Assembly: GCF_006345805.1 (NCBI RefSeq)
Contig: NC_043002.1
Coordinates: 51,026,001-51,090,000, forward strand
DNA: 64,000 bases
DNA from: Octopus sinensis
Taxonomy: Eukaryota
Reading direction: 5' to 3'
The translations under genes were made by a program, and so were the position numbers. The notes below the pieces were generated by a model that worked only from the letters and a program-made list of their open reading frames with translations, was not told the origin of the DNA and made no database searches. How positions within the stretch are numbered: position 1 is the first letter of the stretch; every line of letters begins with the position of its first letter. This document shows positions 1 to 12,900 of the stretch, in pieces.

Positions 1-100
1 GACGATGGTGGAGAAGGAGAAGGGAACCATTCAAGGCGTTTGCATGTGTGCGTTTTGATAAACACGCATACACACAAACACGCACACTCGAATGTATATA

Positions 101-177
<77 letters not shown>

Positions 178-354
178 ATATATATACATATATATGTATA
201 TATACACACATATATATATATATGCATATGCATATATATCTATATGCATTTGTGTCTGTATATACATACATATAGATATATATAGACAAATACTTATAAT
301 ATATATGAGTATACATCTATAACTATATGCATTTGTGTGTGTGTATATATATGT

Positions 355-419
<65 letters not shown>

Positions 420-472
420 CACGCACACTCATGTCCAGAAACATGTCCAGAAAGAGCCAAACACCAAGCTTG

Positions 473-522
473 CTTCACTAATTATGGCAACGGAAGTCGC
501 TGAAACTGACGTCAGTCTTAAG
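473..522 (+). ncRNA. Degenerate minimal type I hammerhead ribozyme motif (Penelope/retrozyme type)
   Basis: CTTCA-CTAATTA(core CTGATGA with 2 changes)-T-GGCAAC GGAA GTCGCT(stem II)-GAAAC-TGACGTCA(palindromic stem III)-GTC-TTAAG(stem I partner, 1 mismatch). Confidence 0.6.
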
Positions 523-702
523 AATTCTCGTTCGCTATTATTCGGACACATATGGTCCTTGCTAGCGAGTGTTTTCATTCATGTGCATTAATTAGAGCAT
601 TTTAGGTCGTATTTCTAGCAATGTAGGTCTCTTTTAACACCCTAGTCACATTTAACAATAAATATGTATGTATGTATGTATGCATGTATATATGTATGTA
701 TG

Positions 703-816
<114 letters not shown>

Positions 817-1399
817 TATACATATATTGATGTACATATATATATATATATATACATAAAGACACACTCATACATGTGTGTGTTTATGTGTGTGCTTGTC
901 CCCACCACCGATTGACAAACGCAACCTAGATGTTCGGCAATAGCGACAAATAGAAGAATACCAGGCTTTTAAGAATGAAAGAGTGCTGATGTCGATTCAC
1001 TCAACTAAAGATTCTTCAATGCGATGTCGTCTGAAGCAAGTAAAAATTTAAAAAAAGCAACATTATTATAATATAATATAACACCTACTCACACACAAAC
1101 ACATACACACATACACTCACACACACACACACATACATAAACACACTCACATTCAAATGTACAAACACACACACTGGGTTCTTAATTGCTGATTTATTTG
1201 TAGAATGTAACAAACAAAAAAACTATGAATGGGACACCAAGTTTCGCCTTAAGAACTCGATTAATGAGATATGAGAAAATTGAGTGGGTGGTTGCGCGTG
1301 TGTGTCTACGTATGAGTGCATCTCTTTGTATACATTGGTCTTCTGAACGGTTTCTATATTCGTCGTGGAATTGGTTTCATCTGATTATGCTAACTATGG

Positions 1400-2060
1400 A
1401 AGCAGCGTATAGTTTGTGTAATTGTAATTTCCCTTGCCATTAAAGCTCTTATTATATCTTCAATATGTGTGGAGAAGATATTCATACAGTTTAATAAAAT
1501 CTTGGTAACATTAAGAAGTATGCTTAAAACTATTAGTAATAGTATGTCATTTAATATTCGTTTCCTAGTTTTCTGTTTTTGAATTTCAATGTTATTTTCG
1601 ATTTACTTTACGGCATCTTCAAAGCTACTGTTCTTTAATGCTTTACTGCTATAATAGGCTGAATGAATAACGAATATCTTATTAAGGGATATACTGGATA
1701 CGTGCTTACAAATATTTTAAATTAAGTTCTTACAGATTAAGATGGAATACTTAGCCATAATATGCTGAATTTATATACCAGAATTTCTCTTTAGGATTAC
1801 GTTAAGTTCGGTATTTACCAATATGTAATCTATAATTATATAAAGAAATTAACTCTACTTAGATGCGTACCTGCTGTAACCCTTGACTATACGTTTTCTG
1901 GAGTGTTGATAGAATCCAAAAATGTGATCATTCATGCTTCGTACTTAGCGTAGTCCATCATCACAGTAAAGTCTGAACTGTGTGGAACGAAATCATTTAC
2001 GATGTAAGTCATATACGCAAAATCGCTGCCTAGATTACAATCCCTTGGCATATAAAATGC
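1400..2060 (-). mobile_element. Penelope-like retroelement RT remnant, highly decayed
   Basis: Minus strand 1971-1951 reads LYCDDGL (Penelope RT LYRDDGL motif), followed by VNFF- and YIN-like thumb motifs. Many stops; boundaries approximate. Confidence 0.5.
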
Positions 2061-2154
2061 ATTTTCTGGTCATTAACTTAAATGAGTAAAATAATTATTG
2101 TTATACAGCAAAGTTTTCCTATCTATATTTAATAAAATATATGTGTACGTATAA

Positions 2155-2315
2155 GGCGGTGAGATGGCAGATTTTTTAGCGCGTCGGACGAAATGCTCAA
2201 CGGAATTTATTCCGGCTTTTTACGTTCTAAATTCAGATGTTGCCGGGGTCGACTTTTCTTTCATCATTTTAGGGTTGGTAAGATAAGTACGGCTTCATCT
2301 TCCCCTAAAAAAATT
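2155..2315 (+). mobile_element. tRNA-derived SINE, family A (GGCGGCGAGCTGGCAGA head), diverged copy
   Basis: Shares head and GTCGACTTT..CATC..GG..GATAA..AAGTAC core with about ten other copies in the window. Confidence 0.75.
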
Positions 2316-2826
2316 GCTCATTTCGTACAGTATTAAAGTACTTATAATGATATTAATCTTCATGTCCGTAACTGGAATAAATCTCCACAAAATTCTAAAT
2401 AAATGAATTCTAGTAGATACATTCATCGCTATTTCTTGAGGAGTTTCTGAATACAAAAGGATTAAAATTATTTATTTAACTACATAATGGATAGGTGTAG
2501 GATGGTCTTGTTATTAAAAAAATATGTATTCACCGAAATTAAAACTCCATTAATAACAACCACATTCCTTGATATCATGCTTTATAAATAAACTATTAGA
2601 AATATGAAAATATCACGTGTTTTTGTACATGCATCAAGGCATCTATAATATGTTCTGTAAATAATAAAATGTAATGGATGGATGTGTGGTGAATTTTCTA
2701 ATACTGTTTTGGCAATCAATCAAACATAAATGATTAATCATATTTTTATACCTTTGCGAATATTTTTGTTTTTATAAAATAATACTACTTTTCCAAATCA
2801 ATATAAAACATTCGTAATGATTCAAG

Positions 2827-3670
2827 ATGTCACAGCTTCTAATGAAATACCCGCATATATTTCATGTTTTTTATCTTGCTTGTACTGACGAACTTTCGCC
2901 CAACAAATTTTTCGGACGTTGTTCAGTAAAAATCGAAATCATGATAAAGAAGAGGGGATATTACATGATCTTCTTCGACCATGGGCTGGAGTGCAAATAC
3001 TACTATGGAAAATGAATTCAACTTCAGAGGTTGTAAATTCCTTCCACAGATCAAAATACTTCATCTCTTTGCACCAACTTCATTTAACAACTGTTAAAAC
3101 ATGTTACACAAATATATACCAAAATTAAAACTTCCAGATTCATCCATGTTTCCTTAAACCAGACCAGACTTATGTACAACAGAAATGTATACAAGAGATA
3201 CCCAACAATATTGCCAATATGTAAAAGAAAACTAATTCTCATTGTTGAAGAGGAGAACAATGAGCCTAACAATGAATGATATAGTAGAAAATTTATGATT
3301 ATATGGACCATGAAACATGCATTACTTTCAAAGATCATTCTGACGATTTTCTTACCAACTTCAAATTACTTTAATAAAGGCATGAGGAGTGAAATAGGTA
3401 GAATCTCTAAGAATGTTAGTTTCTCTCAGTTCCAAACTTGCATTGGTTAATTTTATTTTATTATTCTATAATAGTTTACAGAGTATTGAGTGATTCAATA
3501 ACATGGATTGTAAGAGTATTTATGAATTTATGTATTTCGATGAAATTGAGTTCGATATAGCTGAGGTGTATCATGAAATCCCCCCAGAATGTTTTAGAAT
3601 TCATTAGTGGCATTTGTCCTTTTAGTGATCAGACATTAATTTTATGTTCACTCTAGGAAATATTTGCTAG
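2827..3670 (+). pseudogene. Decayed cytochrome P450 (CYP4-like) pseudogene, probably processed
   Basis: Ordered motifs across shifting frames: KYPHIF; HDLLRPWAG (2964-2990); GK*IQLQRL*IPS/FH/KIL; ESLRM (ExxR, 3401-3415); SVP (3426-3434); EVYHEIPPECF (PERF-like, 3584-3595); AFV[P]FS (from 3610, one base missing). Many stops and frameshifts. Confidence 0.55.
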
Positions 3671-3688
3671 TTTAACTTATACATTATA

Positions 3689-4999
3689 CGATGGACTATC
3701 CAAAAGAAACCGGAAGTTTACAATATTATTTTATTCACTTAGCTTTGCATGTTTACACTTTTATCGCCTTCAACGTATTCTCCATTTGAAGCAATGCATC
3801 AGTCCAGATGCGATCCCTACTGTTCAAAACAGTCCTGGAACTCTTGCGAAGTGATGCCTTTTAACGCCTCCGTCGATTTTTCATCACCTCATCCACATTT
3901 GCAAAATGTTTGATTTTAAGAACTTTTTTCATTCGGGGGAACAAAAGAAAGCCACTGAGGGTAAGATCGGGTGAATAGGGACGATGGGTTAGCGGGGTCA
4001 TACCATATTTGGTCAAAACCTGTCACATACTCATGGCGGTGTGCGCAGGTGCATTGTCGTGATGAAACCACCACTCTCTACTTTGTCACAGGTCGTGGCG
4101 TTTTCGTCTCGTTGCACCTCGGATACGCTTCAGAGCTTCCAAGTAAGATGTCTGGTTAATAGTTTAACCAGGAGGAAAAAGTTATATGTTGACAATTCCT
4201 TTCTATTCGATGAAACAAACCAGCATCGTCTTGACACTGGACTTCACTTGACTCGCTTTTGGCGGGCGTGGTGACATTGAATGCTCTCATTGACTTGATT
4301 GCCCTTCAGTTTCCGGGTCGTAGCCGTAGCAGTAGTTTTCGTCACCAGTGATGACCTTCGAAAAATGGTCCGGATCATTCACCAACTGTTCTTTTAGTTC
4401 ACGACACGCATTCACTTGTGATTGCTTTTGATCTTCCGTGAGCAAGCGAGGCACAAATTTTGCTGCAATTCTTTTCATTCGCAATTTATCGCTCAAAATT
4501 CATTGGCAGGAGATCCAGGACATCAGTCATATCAACTAGTTCGTCAATTGCTTGGCAATGGTCCTCCAAGATCAGTTCATGAATTTTCATGACGTTTTCT
4601 TTCGTTCGGGAAGTCGAAAGCTGTCCTGAATGAGTTGGTCTCCAAACGGCAATGGACCATTCGAGAGCGTGAAAACTACTTGTAAACTTGTCTTTTGCTC
4701 ATTGTAAGCTGTTTGAGGCATGACAACTGTTTCGGTCGCCGTTTTCCCCAGCAGAAAACAGAATTTCAAGGAAGCATGCTGCACTGTTCCTTTGTTTCAG
4801 CCGTCGCAAAAATCGACGAACAGAGGAGAAGTACTGCAAAGCAAAGACTCACCACGCAGAAGTGCGGTACGAGCCGATGACGCTGATCGGGAAACTGATG
4901 TCTGAGGGTCGCATCAAGTGTCTTCTAGCTGTGGGAGCCTGAACTACAACGAACTTGTCTCACAGAGAACGTTCCCGGTAACTTTTGGGTACCTCCTCG
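3689..4999 (-). mobile_element. Full-length (1311 bp) mariner DNA transposon with disrupted transposase
   Basis: TA at 3687-88 and 5000-01. Imperfect TIRs (CGATGGACTATCCAAAAGAAACCGG vs reverse complement CGAGGAGGTACCCAAAAGTTACCGG). Transposase pieces: LKFCFLLGKTATET, AKFVPRLLTEDQK, VITGDE..YGYDPET..QSSQ, PYSPDL. Confidence 0.93.
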
Positions 5000-5029
5000 T
5001 ACAATATACTTCGAATGTATACATTCGTT

Positions 5030-5220
5030 GCTTTCTTCCAAGGAATCTAATGTTCTTAGCTCAGTTTTTCCTTGGGGCTGGTCAGATGGGAGCAATCTCA
5101 AGAAAAATTACTCGAATGACCCGTTCTTGTTTTCTTTGTATCGTCTTTCTGGATGTTTTGTTGTCCCCTTTTTGGATCACCTAGTTGTCCGGATGTTTTG
5201 CGTTCTTGTCCCATTTTGTA
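5030..5220. repeat. Interspersed repeat fragment, also present inverted at 16727-16817
   Basis: CTTCCAAGGAATCTAATG.TCTTAGCT.AGTTTTTCCT.GGGGCTGG.CAGA matches the reverse complement of the 16.7 kb insert. Confidence 0.7.
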
Positions 5221-5387
5221 TTTTATATTTATATATATATATTATAATATAAATTATATTATAATATAAATATAAATAATATAAATAAGTATTTTCAAAG
5301 TTGAAAAAAATTACAGATTTTTTCTCTTACGAGGTTTTTCACGCTAACTACTGATAATTTCTTATAAAGATTTTATCCTTATTTTTA

Positions 5388-5466
<79 letters not shown>

Positions 5467-5539
5467 TATGTATCTATATATGTAAACATATGCATGTATG
5501 TGTGTATCTCCATATCTATCTATTGTGATGTCAGGTTGC

Positions 5540-5823
5540 TTACTAGTTAGGTCATTCGGCTCACGATCTTAACGCTGTGAGTTCAATTTCTGGTGACGCG
5601 TTGTGTCCTTGAGATAGACAATTTATTTCCTGTTGTTCCAGTCAGCTGGCAAAAATGAGTGGTACCTGTATTTCAAAGGGTTAGCCTTGTCACACTTATG
5701 TGAACTATGTTAAGAGTACACGTGTCTGTGGAATGCTCAGCCACTTGCACGTTAATTTCACGAGCAAGCTATTCCGTTGATCGTATCAGCTGGGACCCTC
5801 GTCGTCGTAACCGACGGAGTGCT
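5540..5823 (+). mobile_element. tRNA-derived SINE, family C
   Basis: B-box-like GAGTTCAATT, TGTGTCCTTGAG core, 3' end GTCGTAACCGACGGAGTGC. Related pieces at ~13320-13500, 18595-18660, 19700-19760, 27445-27745, 52300-52570. Confidence 0.65.
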
Positions 5824-6514
5824 CTTTCTTCTTTCACCTCTCACTCTCTCCCTCTCTTCATCTCTCCCTCTCTTCCTCTCTCCCTCTCTCTGTCTCTCTC
5901 TCTATATATATATGTGTATTATATGTATGTATATATATACGTGTGTATATATGATTATATATATATATATGTACTCATGTTTGTATGTATTTATGTATGT
6001 ATGCTGGTATGTCTGTATAAGCATGCAAAATGCTAAATTTGAGATCAGATGTGAAGAATGTACTATGAGTTCTAAGAAACTACAATAGCCGTTTATAAAA
6101 CGATAATGCAAATGCTAATATCCAAAGCAACATTTACACCGACAGCCAACACAAGCTCACAAATATATTACGCTGTATATATATATATATAATATATATA
6201 TACATACAACTGAGAGCCAGAGAGAGAGAGAGAGTATAATATAACATGACAAACATGACAACGGTGTAAGGAAAATTGACATAGCTATATAGCAAGTGAA
6301 TATAATGTCGTTCAGAGGCGAACAGAGAAGATATGAAAATTATAACAACTTCGTTTCACTACAGATTCGAATCGTAGTCGTTATGGCATGTAAGAAATGT
6401 GTCTATTATTCCATTTGTAATTGAAACAAACGGAATGATACACTGTCGTTTCCTCAAGGATATTGACAAATATAGCGAGATGAATAGACATATGGAAGTA
6501 ACCACAAAATAGCA

Positions 6515-6560
<46 letters not shown>

Positions 6561-6571
6561 CTCTCTCTCTC

Positions 6572-6606
<35 letters not shown>

Positions 6607-6839
6607 TGTCTCTCTTGTCTCTCTATCTCTGAATGACATAAGAGTTATGCTGCGGAATATTCATTAACTTTGAACTTTCAGACACGTTTGTATATATATA
6701 AGCCTGCAAGTGCATGTGTATGTTTTTACTGGTATGATGTGTTGTGTTTATTCGTGTGTTTGTGTTTATATGTATGTGTGCGTGTATATGAACGGGATGT
6801 ATCTTGTTACATACATACATATATATATACATATATATT

Positions 6840-6870
<31 letters not shown>

Positions 6871-7030
6871 AAACGCTGTATGCGCAGAACCATGTATCTA
6901 TCTAAATGTTATATTATTATATAGGTAATATTATATACACACACAGAAACATACACCACAGACATACACACACACATATCATACTCACACACACGCACTT
7001 ATATAAAAATATAACTTCACAGAAATATGA

Positions 7031-7099
<69 letters not shown>

Positions 7100-7114
7100 T
7101 ACATAGATATAGAC

Positions 7115-7195
<81 letters not shown>

Positions 7196-7277
7196 TACGA
7201 ATATATATATATATGCACGTGCGTGTGTATATTACTATATATATATATACATGTACATGTATTCATGTATGTATGTA

Positions 7278-7299
<22 letters not shown>

Positions 7300-7343
<44 letters not shown>

Positions 7344-7572
7344 TGTATTTATAAACGTGTATGTATATATGTATATATATATACACATTATATACATATA
7401 TCTGAGTGTATGTTTGTGTATATGTATATATAATATATATATATATGTGTGTGTGTGTGTTGTGTGTGTGTGTGTGTGTGTGTGTACGTGTATTTATAAA
7501 CGTGTATGTATATATGTATATATATATACACATATATATACATATATCTGAGTGTATGTTTGTGTATATATG

Positions 7573-7580
<8 letters not shown>
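7300..7580. repeat. Local tandem duplication (~145 bp x2) of a compound microsatellite
   Basis: GTGTACGTGTATTTATAAACGTGTATG...TATCTGAGTGTATGTTTGTGTATAT occurs twice in tandem. Confidence 0.8.
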
Positions 7581-7607
<27 letters not shown>

Positions 7608-8457
7608 ATATACATATACATGTATGTATGTATGTATGTATGTATGTATGTATGTATGTATGTATGTATGGTGGAAGACCATTTTATAACGTGAGAAATT
7701 GGAATTTTGATGTATCTCTCAACTTATAAATGGATAAATGTAATAATATCAATGACATTACTCGTGCTATTATTGTGGTTCATTACACTCTTCATATCAT
7801 TATAATCGCCATCATTGTCATCATCATCAACATCGCAATTCTTCTTATTACTATTATTATCATTATTATTATTATTATTATCATTATTATTATCATTGTT
7901 ATAAGTTGCCGCTGTAGTTTTTGTTGTTAATGTTGTTCTTGTTATTGTTGCCGATGTTGTTGTAATTGTTGTTCGTTCAGTTGGTCCAGCTATTAATGTT
8001 GTTGTTGTTGTCGTCATCGTTGCTGCTGCTGCTGCTGCTGACGCTGTCTTTGTCGGTGTCATATCTGTAACATTAAAAGTTCTAGTGAAGGCAATATCAT
8101 TCACTATTTTTATTGTCATTGATTCCATAGTTAATATCTCTATCCGGACCGAAAGCAACCACAACCACTGCCAGGAAAACGATTCCCCCCCCCCCCTCCA
8201 CACCCCCTCCCCCACCGCCGCCGCACCCCACCACCACCGCCACCACCACCACCACCACCGCCACCATCCACTAATAATAAGACGAGGACTTACGCCATTA
8301 TTTCCACTGCCACTACTACTAATATTACTGTAGTTAACACCACAACCACAAATAGTATGTGATACAACGATAGAGCTACAAGAGAATGACCAGAACAGCT
8401 AAAAATAACTAATTAATATTCCTTAAATCACATAATCTTTCTCCCTCATTCTTCCCC

Positions 8458-8503
<46 letters not shown>

Positions 8504-8651
8504 CTTCATCTCTCATAAAATGTTAAGGAAACGTTTAAATAATTCACTCCTGGATGCGCGGTTACGGAATAAAAATTATATATATGTAAGAATATATGCA
8601 TATGCATACCTGTATATACATATACATACATAATATTATATATATATATAA

Positions 8652-8683
<32 letters not shown>

Positions 8684-8685
8684 CA

Positions 8686-8730
<45 letters not shown>

Positions 8731-8841
8731 GCATATATATATATACATATATTATATATACATATATTTATAATATACATACATAAATATATATATAATT
8801 ACATATATTTATATATACATATATTATATATATATAACATA

Positions 8842-8888
<47 letters not shown>

Positions 8889-8890
8889 TA

Positions 8891-8922
<32 letters not shown>

Positions 8923-9042
8923 ATTATATAGTATATACACACACATAATACGTACATATATATATATATGGGGGCGCGTGTATATGTACGTTTATGGATT
9001 TGTGTTGCAAGATTCTTGATGTGAAGTCGTGTATTGAAACAG

Positions 9043-9275
9043 ATATTGTTCCATTTCGGCATGGTCAAATTATTTTGCCAAATAAAGACACGCACTATAT
9101 ATTCGTTCTTCACTCGTTTATTACTGTTCTTATTCTAACTCATCCATGTCCATCGTCCAGACGATGGCCATGAGTTAGGTTGAAAACAAATAATAACCCA
9201 GTGAAGACCGAATAATATATTGCATGTCCTTATTTGGCAAGAAAAAAAATGACGATCTCGAAAAATAATACCATA
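9043..9275. repeat. ~230-bp imperfect fold-back palindrome
   Basis: Centre CCATCGTC-CA-GACGATGG (9150-9167). Arms TTGCCAAATAA.GACA.GCA.TATAT..TTCG.TCTTCACT.G.TTATTA match in inverted orientation. Confidence 0.8.
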
Positions 9276-9499
9276 TATATATATATACATATATACATAT
9301 ATATTGTCAGTGGGAAAAGAAAAAGAAGCCCACTCTAAACGTTAGGGCAGTAATGTATTAACAGGAAGTTAATTATATGATCGGTCATAGAATGACCAAT
9401 TGCTTCGCTTCTATGAAGCACTTAGCCTTATAGACGACTCGTCCGACTCCAATGGCCGTGGACATAAAACTTCTTTTAAAATTGGAGAGAGAAAACCGT

Positions 9500-9640
9500 T
9501 AGGGTCACTTAATTTTGTAAACAAAGCAATATATTTTCTGAGCTTGAAATGTTATCGGAGATACATCGGTTCCGCTGAAACTACCTTTAAGGAATGTCTG
9601 TACGTCCATAGGTTCTCTTTAGGATTCTGGAAAGATTTTC
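9500..9640 (+). mobile_element. Penelope-like GIY-YIG endonuclease fragment, inverted relative to the adjacent element
   Basis: KAIYFLSLKCYRRYIGSAETTFKECLYVH within ORF 9400-9663. Confidence 0.7.
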
Positions 9641-9699
9641 AAGGGTTATTACCCTTAGATTAGTCCGATCAGCAAATTTTTACGACTCTAATCGACGAA

Positions 9700-10162
9700 C
9701 GAGGAATCCCCGCCTTTAGGTTGGTTCTAGTTTGCAACTATTTTTGATGGTCCAAATCAACGAATGGAGAACCCCATGCTTGGAGTAGGTAGTGGTTAAA
9801 ATGTGGACAAGTGTTTTATATCTAATTTCTGGAGTTTAAAGGGCTCCTGCGTCAAGCAAGTTTTTTAGGTTCCTTACCTTCTCTTATATGCAAAGCTGGC
9901 ATCGTCTGCTCCCGTTTATATAGGATCCCAGCTGCTCTAGGAGCTTCCATTTAATTGCGTATGAGGTTCCTTCATTCCTAAGGCGCCACGCGTGGCTGGT
10001 CAGGGACGTGAGGTAACGCCTTTCTGGAATCCTAAAAAAGGACCTATGGTCGTATAGGCGTTGCTTGAAGGTGGTTCCAGCCAAGTCGATGTATCCGATA
10101 CATGTACGTATATACATAAACATACCTATTTACATATATACATATAGATATATATACATACA

Positions 10163-10226
<64 letters not shown>

Positions 10227-11700
10227 TATAGCATTATCTGGGTAATAATCTTATACAGTGTATGTCAAAGCTTGTCTAAGACTATCAGCTGCTTATGTTA
10301 ACATACTGCAGGAATACTCCTTTTACTGGATATACATGTAGAAATCCGTCAGTGTACGCAGGATTCACGCAAAAAGTTTATAATGTAAGAAGACGGACTA
10401 AACAGGTTCAAAGGTTCTTCCAGCGGTTCTTGAATGTATCACTGATTGCACCTATATATGCATATATATTTACTTGCTTTTACAGTACATTTATATATAT
10501 TGTTTCTACGTAGAAACTCGTTTGCCAGAGGACATGTTTTTTTACAGCTACAGTTGCATTTTCTTATATTATCATCTGCAACCATGTTGCCTCTTGCTGT
10601 ATATCTTTCCGTGAATGTTATTGTTGTTATTATGAATGTTATTATTTTGAATGTTATTGTTGTTATTATTACTATTTTCATGGCCGTTGTTCTCATTGGT
10701 GTTGTTCCCAGCGTTTACCCCATTACTGTTGTTATTATCAATGCTAAAGTTAATATACCTACTTACATTAGGATCATTTGGACTTTCATGAGTTTTGTTT
10801 CCCACTATTATATTCTTACCTACTCTCTGGACCGACGCACTTCCGGACGATATATTTAGACACTATGATTGCCATGTTCAGGTTATGAATATGGTATTCA
10901 GTATTAGTTGCTGCACATGACAGTTTCACCATATGCCTGTTAAAATTTGCATAATGTATACAGCATTTAGGAATATGTGTATCTAATGCAGAAAAGAATT
11001 CTCTAACAATTATTGATGCATCTGGTAATCCGAGCATTGGATTGAACCATAACGAGCTATCCTTATTAGATTTATTATTATGTTTAGTGTAATTGTTATC
11101 GTGCTTGGAAGAGTCATCCAGATTGAAACAAGATAGTCCTTATATTCCTACTTCCAACAGCTTTCCTTTTATTTTTATTACTATTTGCCTTTGTTTTTAT
11201 TTGACTGTCAGTTTAAGCCTTTTCCCTAGGGTACTACTAATTCTAAAATTTACGTCCCCTTTATGTTCGCTAGTATACCTATCTGTATATCTTTTATTTT
11301 TTTCCTCATTATTTTCATTTTTATATTGATTAGCTATATTATTGTAAGGTGTATAGTTAGTTTTTTTCATTGTATCCAGTAGTCTCTAATACTCTTAAAT
11401 TGGACTCTTAAATATTCTTTCAGTCGCAGAGTACCTGGAAATTATATTCGACACACTTTTAACTATGCTTCTGGATTTTGTTTTATTTACATATCTTAAA
11501 TTTCCGTTGGGTTTATAGTATGGCTCAACAAGTTCAGTGTTTCAACTGAGTGCTACGTCTAGAGAATTTACTACTTTGCAATCATTTTCAATTGTTATAG
11601 GTAGCGCTATATTCTTAAGGAATTAAACTATATTTTTCTATATTGCTCCATTTCTGTTTACTTACAATTTTCCGCGAGGAAAAGAGTGCCATCCCTATAT
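9700..11700 (-). mobile_element. Penelope-like element, 5'-truncated RT + GIY-YIG, interrupted by microsatellites
   Basis: YRDG at ~11690; LDV..EPYYKPNGNLRYVN; FFSALDTHIPK..NFNRHMVKLSC; CNCSCKKTCPL..IYKCTV; [30 protein letters not shown]. Confidence 0.85.
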
Positions 11701-11779
11701 GAACCCCTGATGACATGCAACCTCTGATGACGAGCAACCATAGCAAGTTGGATGAAACTGAAAGCAATTGTACATGTCT

Positions 11780-12900
11780 TTGAAGAGTAATTTATTTCTG
11801 CCCCTGTATTGATTTACGCTATAGAACTGGGAAAATTCTATAACTTTGTTACAATTCTTCTCCAATGACCGTCAGTAACATGGAATATTGTTGACAGAGT
11901 CGGATACTTCATTAAATCATAGACCACCAAATTCTGCCCAACTATTCGGATACTAATGCGACGTATAGTATTTGTTTACCTGATTCCAGCTTTATTTTCC
12001 AGCTGCCTCCACTCGAAGTTTACAATTCAAGAATATTGTTTTTAACCAGTTTCAGCTAGCTATGCAAAGTAGCTACCCTTAATGGTGATATACATAAACT
12101 TAGTAGCATCGATTTACGCTAAATTTTGTCCCGTCTCCCGTAAATCTTGAAATCATTTTGACCATGTGACCAGTCTTAACCAATAAAAGTCGACCGTACA
12201 TCTTGGTACATATCTGTATAGGCATTGATATATTCATATAAATACATGAAAATAAATAACCAGTAGGAAGAAAATCGTTTAAACGTAAAGAGTTATAGAG
12301 CAACTAGTAATACAGAAGCTTGGAGATCAGAACATCCAGGTAAAGCTTTTCATATTCGTAAATAAGGGGATGGGTTTAAAATATGGTTTTGGTCTATCAA
12401 TGAGAATATGTGAACATTTTAAAGACGTGATTTGATCGTAGCCTCAGTATGTAACGAGCATTGTTTTCATCTCGAGGACGAGATTGTCCACCAGATGATT
12501 CTCAAAAAGATTTGGGATGCTAAATAAAATTGCTCTTTCCTGAAAGATGCAAGGAGAGTAGGGATTAAAGTCTGACTTCTTACATTTTGCCAGTTAATAC
12601 GTTGATAATGTAGGGATATGATGCATTTCAATCTTTTAAGCCCCGAACGTAGTTAGATAGCCTTGTGGGAGATCATTTGTTGGGATTTTTAAATGTGTAA
12701 AGGTGCTGGTCAAAGTTAAGTTGCTATTCATTTGAGACGAGGTTCATGAAGTTTTTATCTAATAAGCAAGTGACAACTTTAGCGGATATTTTGAGTATTT
12801 TGAGTTAGATGAGAAGGCATGTGAATTGCTGAAATTAAAAATTTAGTGCTTGATTTACACTCAAGAAAATCGCTACAAAAAGTTTGTGTAATACTACTGT
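11780..12900 (-). mobile_element. Possible second Penelope-like RT remnant
   Basis: Weak motifs IYMNIS (SLYTNIP-like) and GDGTKFS (GTAMGTKF-like) in ORF 12100-12303; very decayed. Confidence 0.35.

Noticed and set aside
7724-8333. Thr/Asn/Asp/His-rich low-complexity ORFs
   Set aside because: Degenerate trinucleotide repeats with no domain or splice support.
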